Shown here: one piece after another, positions 26,590 through 39,626 of the stretch
Numbering within the stretch: the first letter of the stretch is position 1
Layout of the letters: each line of letters begins with the position of its first letter
Assembly (NCBI RefSeq): GCF_006345805.1
Contig: NC_043005.1
Location: 12,400,001 to 12,464,000, forward strand
Reading direction: 5' to 3'
Source: Octopus sinensis
Lineage: Eukaryota
DNA length: 64,000 nt
The notes under the pieces: generated by a model
What the model saw: the letters and a program-made list of their open reading frames with translations, nothing else
Database searches by the model: none
Told to the model about the DNA's origin: nothing
Translations under genes and position numbers: made by a program

Positions 26590-26745
26590 AATATCTCTGT
26601 TTATTTCCTCGTGTTTCTTTCTGTTGAAGAGCCTAGGCTCGAAACGTAAGAGACTTTCTCACTTTCCCGAGCGTCAAATTAATACACCTGCTTGTTGGTT
26701 ATACACCTGTCTTCGTCTTTTGTTTCTCTGTAAATTTCAACTATA
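26590..26745 (+). mobile_element. Short repeat with variant hammerhead motif
   Basis: TCTTT-CTGTTGA-A-GAGCC.TA.GGCTC-GAAAC-GTA-AGAGA at 26616-26653; homologous to 7541-7740. Confidence 0.65.
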
Positions 26746-26791
26746 TATATGTGTGTGTGAGTGTGTGTATGTACATGTATATATATATGCA

Positions 26792-26863
<72 letters not shown>

Positions 26864-26965
26864 ATGTGTATACATGTGTATATGTGTATATATATATATA
26901 TATACACATGAATATGTATATAGATATACATGTATATATATATGTGCATATGTATATATATATAG

Positions 26966-27019
<54 letters not shown>

Positions 27020-27557
27020 TAAATGTATATATGGTGTATATATACAGAGAGAGGGAGTGAGCGGGATAGACGGAGTGAGAGAAGGGGAGAGAGGGGGAGG
27101 AGAGTGAGAGAGAGAGTTAAAGAGAGATCGAAAGCGTGAGTGAGAGATTATGAATATATATCTATGTGTCTGTGTGTCTGTGTGTCTGTGTGAGTGTGTG
27201 TGTGTGTTTGTGTGTGAAGTATGTAATTTCATAGATTGTTATCTGTAATCTCGTTGTTCGAGATTTTGCTTAGCGTTTCGAACGAAGTATTTCTATGAGT
27301 AATGAGAGAAATTTATCGTTAATTGTTTAACGAAAGAACGTACCAAATCCTTTGTGATACAATCTTAAGAAATTTTACTAATTTAACTTTTATAGCAGTT
27401 AATATAGCTTCTTTTTTTCAAGCAAACCATCGACAGTCCGACAGTCCGATCAGACTCGTAATGGTTTCGATGTAAGCATATACGTGTACGCCTGCTTGTG
27501 TGTATGATTTGTACGTTTATGTACCTTAGAAATATTAATAGATATTGTGTGTATATA

Positions 27558-27606
<49 letters not shown>

Positions 27607-27694
27607 CTACTTATGACGTTATATCATATAACGTTTTTTTAAACAATATTAATAGCGTTCTGTCTATCGCTATACAAATCCATCATTTTTTACT

Positions 27695-27850
27695 AAAATG
27701 TCTTATTGACGAGTTTCGTTTTTTTCACTTACCTGAGGAGAAGATTGCATTGTTTATACCATTTATTCTTTTGAATAGTATCAGTGGAATTTTCAAAACA
27801 TGTCTCGAAAGTAAAAATATTTGATTACACCTGCGTTAACTCCATTTTTT
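27695..27850 (+). mobile_element. Degenerate copy of the HHR-bearing repeat at 54835-54995
   Basis: aaatgtcttattgacgag...ctgaggagaagattgcattg..taccatttattc...aaaacatgtctcgaaagtaaaa aligns to the minus strand of 54835-54990; GAAA is mutated to AAAA. Confidence 0.75.
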
Positions 27851-27960
27851 ATTCATATTATTCAAAATATTCAACGTAAACACGAAGTTTCTACCTTTAT
27901 AAACAAGGAGTTTCAACACCTTTACTTGTGAGATTTTTGCTGCCCTGGTAACTATTTATT

Positions 27961-27961
<1 letters not shown>

Positions 27962-28008
<47 letters not shown>

Positions 28009-28174
28009 TGTGTACAGTGCTCAGGTGCACTACAACTCATCTAAAGTGTATATATAATCAGGTGTAGTTTCGGCGGATTTCGGAAAGCATGAGGGCCTTA
28101 AAGGATGCAGTTTCATGGCAGTCAACAACTGACGCAGGCAGTTTATTCCATGCTTCAGCAACTCTGAGCGTTTT
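27962..28174 (-). mobile_element. CR1-like LINE 3' end with (ATT)n tail
   Basis: Minus translation TLRVAEAWNKLPASVVDCHETASFKAL (CR1 C-terminal RV..WN.LP..VV....FK), short 3' UTR, trinucleotide tail. Confidence 0.85.
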
Positions 28175-28209
28175 TCCGTGTTAATTGTTAACAAGGTAAA
28201 AATACACTC

Positions 28210-28286
<77 letters not shown>

Positions 28287-30187
28287 TTCGTTTCATATTT
28301 CGGATTAATCGTCTGCATTTTGTTGCATTTCACGTTAATTTACTTCATTCCCTGTGAAGTTTACTTTTGAAAGGGCAACGTTTCTAGTTAATAGATCTTA
28401 ATAATGGCCTTGGTTTTATGCATTATGCATCCAATATTCCATTATATCTCCCAATAAGTGTTAATCTATAGTTGGGAACCAAACTATATAAGTTCTTATG
28501 CCTCTGTCTTGTAATACACTTGAACGTGGCAAATTTCTTAGAATTCAAAATGTCAAGTATTTCTAAGAAGTTCCTTGCATCTCTTTTGCATTCGTGAAGT
28601 AGAATAAGTTGCATTTGCAAAATTAGGTTTTACAAAATGTAGTCTGGTGTAAAACTTGAGAACTACTTAGCTTTGGTGGCAACCTCCTATGCTCGACATT
28701 GTGTCAAATATGTTGTTTGAGAAATACATGTGCAGTGTTTTCAACGATTCACTAAAGGCAATCATTTTCACGTAATGGAACTTCTTGGAAAACACACTGT
28801 GGGAAAATGCCATGAGAAGACTGAGAATAGTAAAACATTCTGGGTTAACCAACTGAATATATGTATTTGAAAACCTGCACGTAATTGTCTAAGGGTATTG
28901 GTTGCTTCTTACCCATAATTGGAAATGGAGAGATTCTTAAGCGACCGAATGACGGCCTGCTTTTACCAGGTATAGTACTAATGACTTGTTAATTATAAAG
29001 ATGATTTTAAAAAATGCACAGGATTTAGAATTTAAGACAGAGAAATCAGCATTAATACACTTGGCTTCTGTGAAATATGATAGCGATCTACTTATATAAG
29101 AGATGGGTTAGGAGCGAATCTATAGTTCAGAAGTTTCGATACAAGATTCTCATGCAAGGAACGGTCAAAATGTTCGCGGACGTGGAATTAGACAATACTA
29201 CTTTCATCGAATTTATGCAAGGACCCATTGGTGAAAGACGAAAGATAGTAAGTCACAGGAGGTGGTAGCTTTAAAGAAACTGTACTGGTAATAATTATGG
29301 AGAGAAAAAAGAGCGAGAGAAGTAAGAAGAAGAGATGTAAAATGTTGTAAATCGTACTTCTTACCAGTCTTTAAAGACTGAAGAATATATATGTAATCTT
29401 ACCACGTAGCAATTCATTTCTCAGATGAGTGACTCTCTTCTAAATTTGGTCTACAATATATTTACCTGAAGCAGCATCTCTGCTATCCCAGATGTATCAG
29501 AAATACTCCATTATTTACCTCATTTGAGCATTGCTCGTCATGAATAATTGTTAGCCAGTGAGATACCTTCTAACTCAGAAGAGAGAGGTCACTTTTTGGG
29601 ATAATCTTAGTGGTGTTATGGGTGTGTTGTCATTAATTCTTTGGTTGGGGTGGTTAAGTCCATACACCTTAAAAAGTAACTAACACTCAACAACAGTGGA
29701 GACTAGAACCCTAGTTTCAGACAAAGCAATATATGATTTGATCCCAATCATCGACCAGACTTCATATGAACATCAATCAATAAGATAAAGTTTCAATTAA
29801 CAACTCATCTTTCAGTTTCTATTTCTCCCGCCCTCTCTCTCTCATTTTCTCTCCCTCTCTCTTTGCTCTCTCTTCTTATTAGTTTTCGTCTTTCTTTCTG
29901 ATTTACATTAGTCTCTCTCTCCATCTGTCTTTATATTTTTATTCACTCTTTGCCTTTACCTTCTCCTTCTGCCTTTCTCTCATTCTCACATTCTACTTGT
30001 TTTACTTTCTTCTCTTCTCCATCTTCTCTTTCTTTTAAGACTTCCATTCTGTTACTGTTTTCTCCGACATATATTCTTCAACTTTAACCCACTATCTTTG
30101 AACTGAAAGCAAAATATTTACCAATATGTTCTTACATGCTTCAATCTTGCATTTCCTTTCCCTTTCCTGCAAAATCCCCTCCTGTAC

Positions 30188-30493
30188 CAATATTCTCTAT
30201 ATCTTTATTCTGTGAGAAGGCTCAATGATATTTCTACGTTGTGATTATTCCAGTTTTAATATAAGTATTCAGATCCTGCTATTTCCCAAAGTGTCATCTC
30301 CGAAATTTTCAACAATAAATATTCATATATTTTGCATTCAGATCACAGTTTTAATGAATCGCGTCACAAGAGACGGAACTTGAAAGCGCAATGAATCCGA
30401 AATATACTCTAATACAAAATGCGGTAATGTAATACAATGCAATAGGTATAGATTTAAATAAACAGATAGTTCACTCTCTCTATGTATGTCAGT

Positions 30494-30568
<75 letters not shown>

Positions 30569-30842
30569 TATATATATATATATATACATATATACATACA
30601 TAACTGCCACTACATGACAAAAGTGCAAAATATATAATTAGCACAATAAATAAAATACCTGACATTTGAAAATGGACTGTTCGCTGGTTTAATCTCCACA
30701 TCATACATATTTCCATACGAATTGCCAAATTATTTTTCAAAATAATGTAAAAATACGTATACCGGAACAACAACCACTACAAAATAATAAGCAAACATAA
30801 TATAAAATTATCATACTCCACAACTAACAACTTTGAAAAAAA
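30188..30842. repeat. Left arm of an old inverted duplication (right arm 35151-35405 and 36140-36437)
   Basis: 30188-30485 is the reverse complement of 36140-36437, and 30601-30842 of 35151-35405; roughly 85-92% identical by eye. Confidence 0.88.
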
Positions 30843-30960
30843 TTACAGCCGATTTTACCCACTCAAAAATTGTCTAAAAGTGAAAACCTAAATCACACAG
30901 GTAATAACAATTTCAATTGTCGAAAACATTATCCTGTCCTCTAAAGGAAACACATTCTCT

Positions 30961-31037
<77 letters not shown>

Positions 31038-31440
31038 ATACCGTATATAGCACAACGATGATCACGAACACGACACATACCTACCTACGTCTTTTTGTGA
31101 ACCACTGAAAAAGAATCCCATGACCTAAAGATGATACATCTAAATACACACACCGACTTACAAAGTTCAACGTACACGATTAATTCTAAAAAATAACACA
31201 ATCCCAATTTTAATCAATAAAAAATACTCCCAAACTCCTATCTATCGCAACCCACACTTCAACCTAATTACCACTCCACTCACACCAACATACTCAACAG
31301 GGATTTTAACTCAACTGACACTATATAAAACCAAGATTGACACCACTACAATGCAGTCCTTGGCCGAATTTTCGAAGTCACTCTCAAAAATATTTCTGTT
31401 TGAGAATAATAAATTTGTACTCAACAGATATATTAATAAC
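30601..31440 (+). mobile_element. Decayed Naiad-like PLE fragment (thumb + GIY-YIG)
   Basis: Frameshifted motifs VRWFNL..IAKLFFKI, KIISKHNIKL, NCRK..CPL and NTVYSTTM..TYL; interrupted by (CT)n. Confidence 0.65.
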
Positions 31441-31592
31441 ATTTCAGATTAAGGTAAAATTGGTTTTTATTATAACTGAACATAAAAACAAACAATAGTA
31501 TATATATTTATATATGTAAACATATATTGTATAAAAGATCGTTGCTAAGGCCAAAACAATGCAAGGTAAATATATACATACATAAATATGTG

Positions 31593-31690
<98 letters not shown>

Positions 31691-32019
31691 ATATATATTT
31701 ATATATACGTACATGATTATATATATATATACACATATATTCAAGACACGGGTCAAATGAACAAATTCGAGGAAAACGTCCAAGATATAATCACACGTCC
31801 ACAAATTAAAATAATCAACGCCTAAGTCGTTATCTGCATTTGCATGATATAGTAACATATTTGTTAGAGGTATGTGACCATGATGTGAAACTAGCTATAC
31901 ACGAAATCCAGTTGATGACCACTGTATACATGCTTGAATCAAATTTGTTTTCGTATTATAAGATTTAATTAACAGGTGATAGAAATTACATACAAAAAGC
32001 GTTTATTCATGAAAATACA

Positions 32020-33050
32020 CCGCACCATATTCAGGTGACTGTTGCCATCGTTGTACCCGATGCTTAGTTACCCGCTTGCACCATTTGGCTGAACTAGAGG
32101 ACAGAAAGCAACCTACACCAGGTTTCATCTTTAGCCACACTATTTAAACCTAGTTCAGGAACTAAACCAAGTCTTGGAAGATATGGTAATCTGGTGATGT
32201 AAATCTTGGTTGTAGGGAGGGTGGGGCTACACTTCAGGCCCCTCAAGTTACTCAAGTTGCCCCAGCATACACATTGACTGTGTGTGTGTGTTGGGGCCTT
32301 GTCATGCTGTAGGAGTGCAAATCTCTGAATGTCGAATGCTGCGTAGAAGACTTTCAAAGCATCATATTCTCGCTGCAGTTGTGAAGCATTTAAGGTTAGT
32401 CTTTGCAGCATAACCATCTTGGAAAAGTTCAAAATCCAAAACCCCCTCGAAATTCCACCAATTACACAACAGAACATTCTATTTAAATCGTTTTCGTTTG
32501 ACAACAGGTTCTACAGCCTGCTTGGAACGAAGCCACTGTTTTTTTTTTTTATTAGGATTACGAAAATATATCTAATTTTCATCCTCAGTTACAATACGAC
32601 GCCAAAAAGAGGCATCACGAGGCGTTGACAGCAGTTGTTTGCAAATGTTCCGACGTCGTCGGGCCTCGTCATTCACGAGGACCTTTTCGAAAGCATCTGT
32701 TCACAAGGCCAAGCTAATGGAGGTGTCAAGTGATGGTGCTTTCCTAAGCAGCAAGTTCTGTCAACTATACTTGTGCTAGCACTTTGCTGTTGTTTAGCCA
32801 TATCAAGCAACACCTCATCTTCCACAATCGAAGGTCTCCCTGACCTTGGTTTGTCTTCAAGGATGGTGTCACCTTCCTTGAATGGTCTGAACCAGTTTTA
32901 GGCTGCGCATTATTTGATAGTTCCCGGGCCTTCTAAATAATAATAATTTTTTGTTTTTATTTTTCACTGTCTTTTTTTACCACAAGTAGCATAAAATGAT
33001 TCTAATTGCAATTTTTTCACCAATCATTATCAAAGCTGTAAAATAAAGAT
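32020..33050 (-). mobile_element. Decayed mariner transposon
   Basis: WFRPFKEGDTILEDKPRSGRPSIVED (32820-32897) and LLQHDKAPTHT. Confidence 0.8.
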
Positions 33051-34074
33051 AAAGGATTTATGTTCATATGTTATACAGAAAAATAAAGGATAAACAATTC
33101 AGTAACGATTGGACAAATATAAAATTTAATATATAACATGGAAACACAAGTTGCCAAAACATTCTCACAAAAAATCTGGAAATAAACTTGTCGCAACTTG
33201 ATATGTATGCGTGTATGTGTACAAACCACAAGTCTGCGTGTATCTGCGTAGGTATACGTGCGTTGTTTGCTGCTTTAGTCACATAGTTTAACGCCACATA
33301 TAATTTGTCACAAAGAAAAGCTAAAAAAATACATATAACCTGTCTGCCGTTATGGCAACAAATCTTTTATCCATTCAAATTTCCTGTGTCTATGAGCATG
33401 TGAAACACTTCAGGAAGAATTGTAGTGGCATTTCCAAGGGAATGACTTCAGGCCACATTATTTCAAGCAGTCCGATATAAACCGCATAGAATCCGTACGA
33501 TGATCACTTGAAAATTTACTTAAAGCGACAAAGCACTTACCTCTGATATACTTATTTAAAATATTACTAGCTCCGATCCTAGAAAGTGATAATCATAATA
33601 CTGCCGAAGGCTAACATGTATAGAGACTGCCTGACACAATATAATAAGTCTGACATAAATGGACAATAATGTATGAATAATTGACAGAGCAACAGTGAAG
33701 TATGCGAACTGAAAAGTTCAGGAGTTAGACAGACGTAGTAAATGAATTGAATATAATTTGGAATTTCCACATGTGCCAATCAACCTTCCTCTGCATATAT
33801 ATATATATATGTATATATATATAGGATAAACAATATATCTTTATATATATATATACGGAAATAGTCGTATCTGTAAATATTGTTAGGCAAGTTTCATACT
33901 GCATATTCTAAAAGTGTACATCTGTATAGCTTTGCTTGCTAGTGTATTGTTATCTAGTCAGTCAATTGTAGGTGCGTAGTTTTATTTTGTTAACTAATTT
34001 TCCTATTTAAGAGGTTTTCAGTCGAAATATTATGCACGATTCTTATATCAGTGATGTTGTCCTTATATCAGTTA

Positions 34075-34459
34075 CTAGCAGTATCGCCCGGCGTTGCTCG
34101 GGTTTGTAAGGGAAATAATTATATAAGCATTTCTAGAGATGTAAAGTATAATAGCCATCTCAATATGGCTAACCACAAAGGGGGGGGGTGTTACTGTAGC
34201 TTTTTCGTTCTGAGATTTAATAATAAATCTTTAGAGAGTTACTTCCCTTATATATGCCAAAAATGCATTAAAAATGGGGAAAATTGATGGTAATTTTTTT
34301 TTTAATCGTTGACGCGCGCTAATACCCAGAAGGGCTCGATATGAATCACGACTATAAGATACCCCCTTTTGGTTAAACTGCACCGCAAAATGTGGGAGTA
34401 GTTAGGAATCTAAATCGTAGGAGACAGACAGCACACAACCTCACTTTTATATATAAAGA
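34075..34459 (-). mobile_element. Non-autonomous Helitron, copy 2
   Basis: Same TC...CCCGAGCAACGCCGGG-CTAG ends and A/T target as 17867-18262. Confidence 0.85.
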
Positions 34460-34615
34460 TATCAGTGATGTTTGTCCTTATGCAAGCAAATGCCTTGTAC
34501 ATTTCGGTAATCTTTTCTAGCCAGAGTGTAATATTTTACAACGTTTCAATACTCCTATGGCTACTTTGATCTAGCTGAAGTTTAACTTGATATCCTTAGA
34601 TCTATATATTATTAG

Positions 34616-34835
34616 AGGCGGCGAGCAGGCAGAATCGTTAGCACGCCGTGCGAAATGCTTAGAGGTATTTCGTCTGTCTTTACGTTCTGAGTTCAAATTC
34701 AACCGAGGTCGACTTTGCCTTATGTCCTTTCAGGGTCGATAAATTAGGTACCATTTGCGTACTGGGGTCAATCTAATCGACTGGACCCATCCCACAAAAT
34801 TTCAGGCCTTGTGCATATAGTAGAAAGGATTATTA
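34616..34835 (+). mobile_element. tRNA-derived SINE family 2
   Basis: aggcggcgagc.ggcagaatcgttagcacgcc...gagttcaaatt...gaggtcgactttgcct...gggtcgataaatta; copies at 44875 and 46980. Confidence 0.88.
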
Positions 34836-34839
34836 AAGT

Positions 34840-35135
34840 CATTTATGAACGGCGATTTCGTATTAACCTGCAACAAAAATGGCCACCGATTCGACAGATT
34901 TAGATACGATTCAATAAATAGTTTTAGAAATTCGGATCTGAAAGTTACTATGACTCCTAAACATAACATAGTCAATTGTTTAGACATTCCCCTGAATCTA
35001 ACATTAAAAGATCACATACCTTATTGAAAATCTATTCCTAAACAGATTACATATTGCATCCACAAGTGTTCTAACCACACGTTGCATATTCTGAAAAGAT
35101 TGTCCCACAACATCATTTGAAGACCATCAAAGCTA
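34840..35135 (+). mobile_element. PLE reverse-transcriptase fragment
   Basis: VNCLDIPLNL....PY*K....YCIHKCSNH..HILK resembles the PLE motif VNFLD..LNL...Y.PY.K....Y.H..SNHP. Confidence 0.7.
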
Positions 35136-35475
35136 TAAATCATCTAGGGATTTTTTCAAAGTTGTTAGTTGTGGAGTATAATTTTATGTTATGTTTGCTT
35201 ATTAGTTTGTAGTGGTTGTTTTTGAGGTACACGTATTTTTGGAGTATTTTGAAAAATAATTCGGCAATTGGTATGGAAGTATGTATGAAGTGGAGATTAA
35301 ACCAGAGAACAGTCCATTTTCAATTGTCAGGTATATTATTTATTTTGTATTTTATTTATTTTGTTAATTATATATTTTGCAATTTTGTCTTGTAGTGGCA
35401 GTTATTGAGAGCTTCATCATACAAAGATACTATTTCGCTTTGAAATATATATATATATATGTATGTATCTATGTA

Positions 35476-35535
<60 letters not shown>

Positions 35536-35765
35536 AATTGAGATAGGGTTTGTAAATGCAACCCTTTTTATAAATATTCTACTTATTATACATTACTCTT
35601 TTATGTACACTTTTTTATGTACATTCCTATATGTACACTGATTTGTTCTGCTTTTTTATGTTTAACCCTACAGTCTCTTATGTGGTGGTTTAATAAAGTA
35701 TGTGATTGAGTATTATCTGGTAATTGATATTTGATTTAGATGTATTTCTCCATTTTCTTATCTTG

Positions 35766-35797
<32 letters not shown>

Positions 35798-36025
35798 CGA
35801 TTACATTTTGGTTGTTTTGCAAAATTTTTCTTGAGAACATTTCTTAGTGGTAAGACCATAGCGGATCTATTTCTAGCATAAGTATGTCCACATTGTAGTT
35901 TTCCTCTAATATGTATATAATACAATTTTACTGAACCTTCACTTTTTTATATGCTAGACCACTGGTGTGAAATCGATGTTAATTAAATTAATATCTAATT
36001 TCTCACTCTCATTTTAAATGTAAAT

Positions 36026-36090
<65 letters not shown>

Positions 36091-36519
36091 TGTGTGTGGT
36101 GTGTGTGTGTATGTATGTGTGTATGTATGTATACACACATACATAGAGAGAGAGTGAGCTATCTGTTTATTTAAATCTATACCTATTGCATTGTATTACA
36201 TTATCATTCTTTGTATTCGAATATATTTCGGATTCATTGCGCTTTCAAGTTCCGTCTCTTGTGACTCGATTCATTAAAACTGTGATCTGAATGCAAAATA
36301 TGTGAATATTTATTCTTGAAAATTTCGGAGATCACTCTTTGGGAAAAAGCAGGATCTGAAGGCTTTTGTTAAAACTGGAATAATCACAACGTAGAATATC
36401 ATTGAACCTTCTCACAGAATAATGATATAGAGAATATTTTTGCATGTTTTTAGGTACGCTATATTTTATGATGAGGTTTCACCCAGCAGTACCTTTTAAA
36501 ACAGGATCGAATACGTCCT

Positions 36520-37020
36520 GCTACAAGAATCCTGTAATGCTAGAAATACGAGGAATATGAAGCATGATGGGAAAACCAGTGAAGGTTAGAGTGAAACAAG
36601 AAATTCGTACAAAGCGCCGCGGTCTATAACCAAACTAAGTACTATTGTTGCACAACAATACACGCTCACAGACGGCCACCCACACCGTTGAAACCAATGA
36701 CGAATTGGGTTTAAGTTTGCTGGGACACATCGCATAGCGTCCAGATCTCATCCGAAGCGACTATCACATCTTTGGATTGCTCAAATTTAATATACAAGAT
36801 CGAAGAATTATTACGAACGAATAGCGCAGGAGGCGGTACATAAATAGGTGCATGATGAGCCGAAAACCTTTTCCAATAGGTTAAGGAAGCATGTTGATGG
36901 ACGAAGAAGTGCAGCAAAAAGCAATGAGTCTATGTCGAAAAATGATGTATTTGTTCAACTCCTATTTCTGTTTTAATAAATCACAGAAACATGGGTGGGT
37001 ATAATTTTTGACTTACTTTA
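36520..37020 (+). mobile_element. Decayed mariner 3' part
   Basis: VLLLHNNTRSQT..ELG..LLGHIA*RPDLIRSDYHIFGLLK. Confidence 0.78.
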
Positions 37021-37094
37021 GTATCTATCTATCTATCTATCTATCTATCCATCTATATATCTATCTATCTATCGATCGATCGATCTATCTATCT

Positions 37095-37166
<72 letters not shown>

Positions 37167-37199
37167 GTATATAAATATATAGTTACATACATACATATA

Positions 37200-39578
37200 T
37201 AATTTCAGTAAAATCAATTAAGATTCAAGTGAGTTCCAATGAATTCACATGAATGCGGTACTTAATTTAGATGCACCAGAAATCTTTATGGTCTTAACCA
37301 TAAAATAATGTGGGGTGATTATAAACAAGAAAAAAGCAACAAGAATGGATTAATTGTTCAGTACAATTGTTTCATACGAAGAACAGATTTATTAAAAGCT
37401 GCAAATATTGCAGCAAATACAAGTGTCCCGTATTCATCAGCCAAAACACATATGAGTTTTCCAAACATCCTAGGGGGTGAAGCTACACTCATGAAGTATC
37501 GAAGAGAAAAGCAAAGTTAGATTGTAAGCAGACTTAAAATGTTCTCTAATGATGCACAGTTTTATAAAAGGTTTGTTAGCTTCACAGAAAAGGTAAATCC
37601 ATCCATAATAATGTAGGTGTAATAATAATAATAATATTAATATTAATATGAATAATAATGATAACAATATGAGCAATGCAAATAGAGAAAATATCGGGAA
37701 TGAAGACAACATTGATATCTATAGTAGCAATATGCATTTGGATATAAATACAAGGAATAATAGTAGCAATACCAATAATGTGAGTAATTATGATATGGCT
37801 ATAGAGCTAAATGATAGTGTAAGCGGGTCGATAAATGATAACACAGCTTTAGATAACAACAGTACCTATAATAACGATAATTATACTCATAATAATCTGA
37901 ATAGCTGCAATATGGGATATCTATCCTTAAATAATTCTAAATCTGAAGATGATCCCCCTAGGTGTAATTGTAGGATTAAGTCAAAATGCCCGGCACCTGG
38001 TCTGTGTGGGGTCCATAACGTAATCTATAAATGTACCATAACTACTGAGAATAGCAAATTTTTTATTTGGGTTGTACTATAAAATTTAAACAAAGAGTTA
38101 GCAACCATATCTCCTCATTTAAGTTACGTCATAAAGCTGGTTGCACCACGCTTTCAAGTAAGATCTGGGAACTCAAAAATAATAATATTAAATATAGCCT
38201 TAATTGGAAAATAGTTAGAAGAGCGATGCCTTACAGAAATAACAGGGTAGGTTGCCAACTCTGCTCCATGGAGACATATGAAATTTTAAGGCATAGAAAA
38301 AATTAAAATTTGTTAAAAAACCGTATCGAATTAGTTCTATCCTGTATTCAGTCAAAAATCAAGACTCTTAAATATTTTAAATAAAAATCGTATAGAATAA
38401 TCGTATAGAATAATCGTATAGAGGTAGGTCTATCTTGTTTTTACTAAAAAAAGCAAATCTCTAATATATAATTTAAATAGAGCTCTTCTATAATTTAAAT
38501 GTGAGCTCTTCTACTGGTGTTCTTTCTTTCTAACTGTACCTGTTTTAGAACACAAAGAAACAAATAGTATTTGAAGGTTGCCAAAATTTTAATTGACTAT
38601 ATAGTTAATTTAATTTAATCTAATTTAATTTAACCCAACTTAAATCAAATAAATTGCTAATACTTCCTAATTCTATTCTAAGTTTAATAAGTAATGCTAC
38701 TCCCATAATAATATAAAGAGTTTTCACTATAATTTTCACTATATTTTGAATAAGCAATACTCTCACACCTTTTACTATAGAAATTAATTGACCTCTAGGT
38801 ATGGACCTAAAGTCTGTCTTACAATGTATAAACATTAGTATAAATAGAAACAATAATAAATAAATAAATAACCTCCTGTTCTAGTATTGCACTTAAATTT
38901 CTTAATGTATTTTCCTCTACTGATAGCCTTTGACCCCTTTGATACTTCCTTTTGATACTTTCTTTTGTTCTCTTTATATTCTTTAACCCGCCATTAACTC
39001 TGTAGGAGTGGCAGTTAATAGCTGTATGATGGTCAAAAGGAATGTTCTCTTATAAATTATAAATCTTAGATTCCTGCAACACTGACCTAGATTTTCTGTC
39101 ACCACAGAAATAAACTAAACTTTGTAGGTTGTGTACTTACACCCCCTTCCTCCCATAATATCCTTATTTGCGCAGTTTCTGCTTCCCTGACTTCTTCTGC
39201 GACTTCTTTTAGCCAATATAGCCAATCTCTTCTTCCAACATAGTAGTTTTGTGAAACGAATAGAAGTGTGATCAACGTCTTCCCCTCATATATCGGGAAA
39301 TTACATCTACATTATTATGGATACATTCATCTTCTCTGAGAATAAAATCTCTCCTCATATCTCCGGAAATTACACCTACATTATTATGGATGGATTTATC
39401 TTTTCTGTGAAGCTAACAAACTTTTTAAAAAACCTTTTATAAAACTGTGCATCATTAGAGAACATTTTAAGTCTGCTTACAATCTAACTTTGCTTTTCAT
39501 AGAACTCTCTTCGATACTTCATGAGTGTAGCCTCACCCCCTAGGATGTTTGGAAAACTCATATGTGTGTTGGCTGATG
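37200..39578 (+). mobile_element. 5'-truncated Naiad-like PLE with inverted terminal repeat
   Basis: Asn-rich linker, then CNCR..KCP..G.C..NVIYKC / GCT..FKQRVSNH..LSSKIWELK..WKIV..CQLC..E (37624-38380, one frameshift); arms 37435-37623 and 39369-39578 are inverted. Confidence 0.88.
37355..37449 (-). ncRNA. Type I hammerhead ribozyme
   Basis: Minus: TGTTTTGG-CTGATGA-ATACG...CGTAT-GAAA-C.AATT.G-TA-CTGAACA; palindromic stem III ACAATTGT; GUA triplet. Confidence 0.8.
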
Positions 39579-39580
39579 TG

Positions 39581-39621
<41 letters not shown>

Positions 39622-39626
<5 letters not shown>

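Noticed and set aside
37960-38300. Selenocysteine-encoding Naiad variant
   Set aside because: Conserved Cys positions visible here use TGT/TGC, not in-frame TGA; the RT region where other sites could lie is missing.
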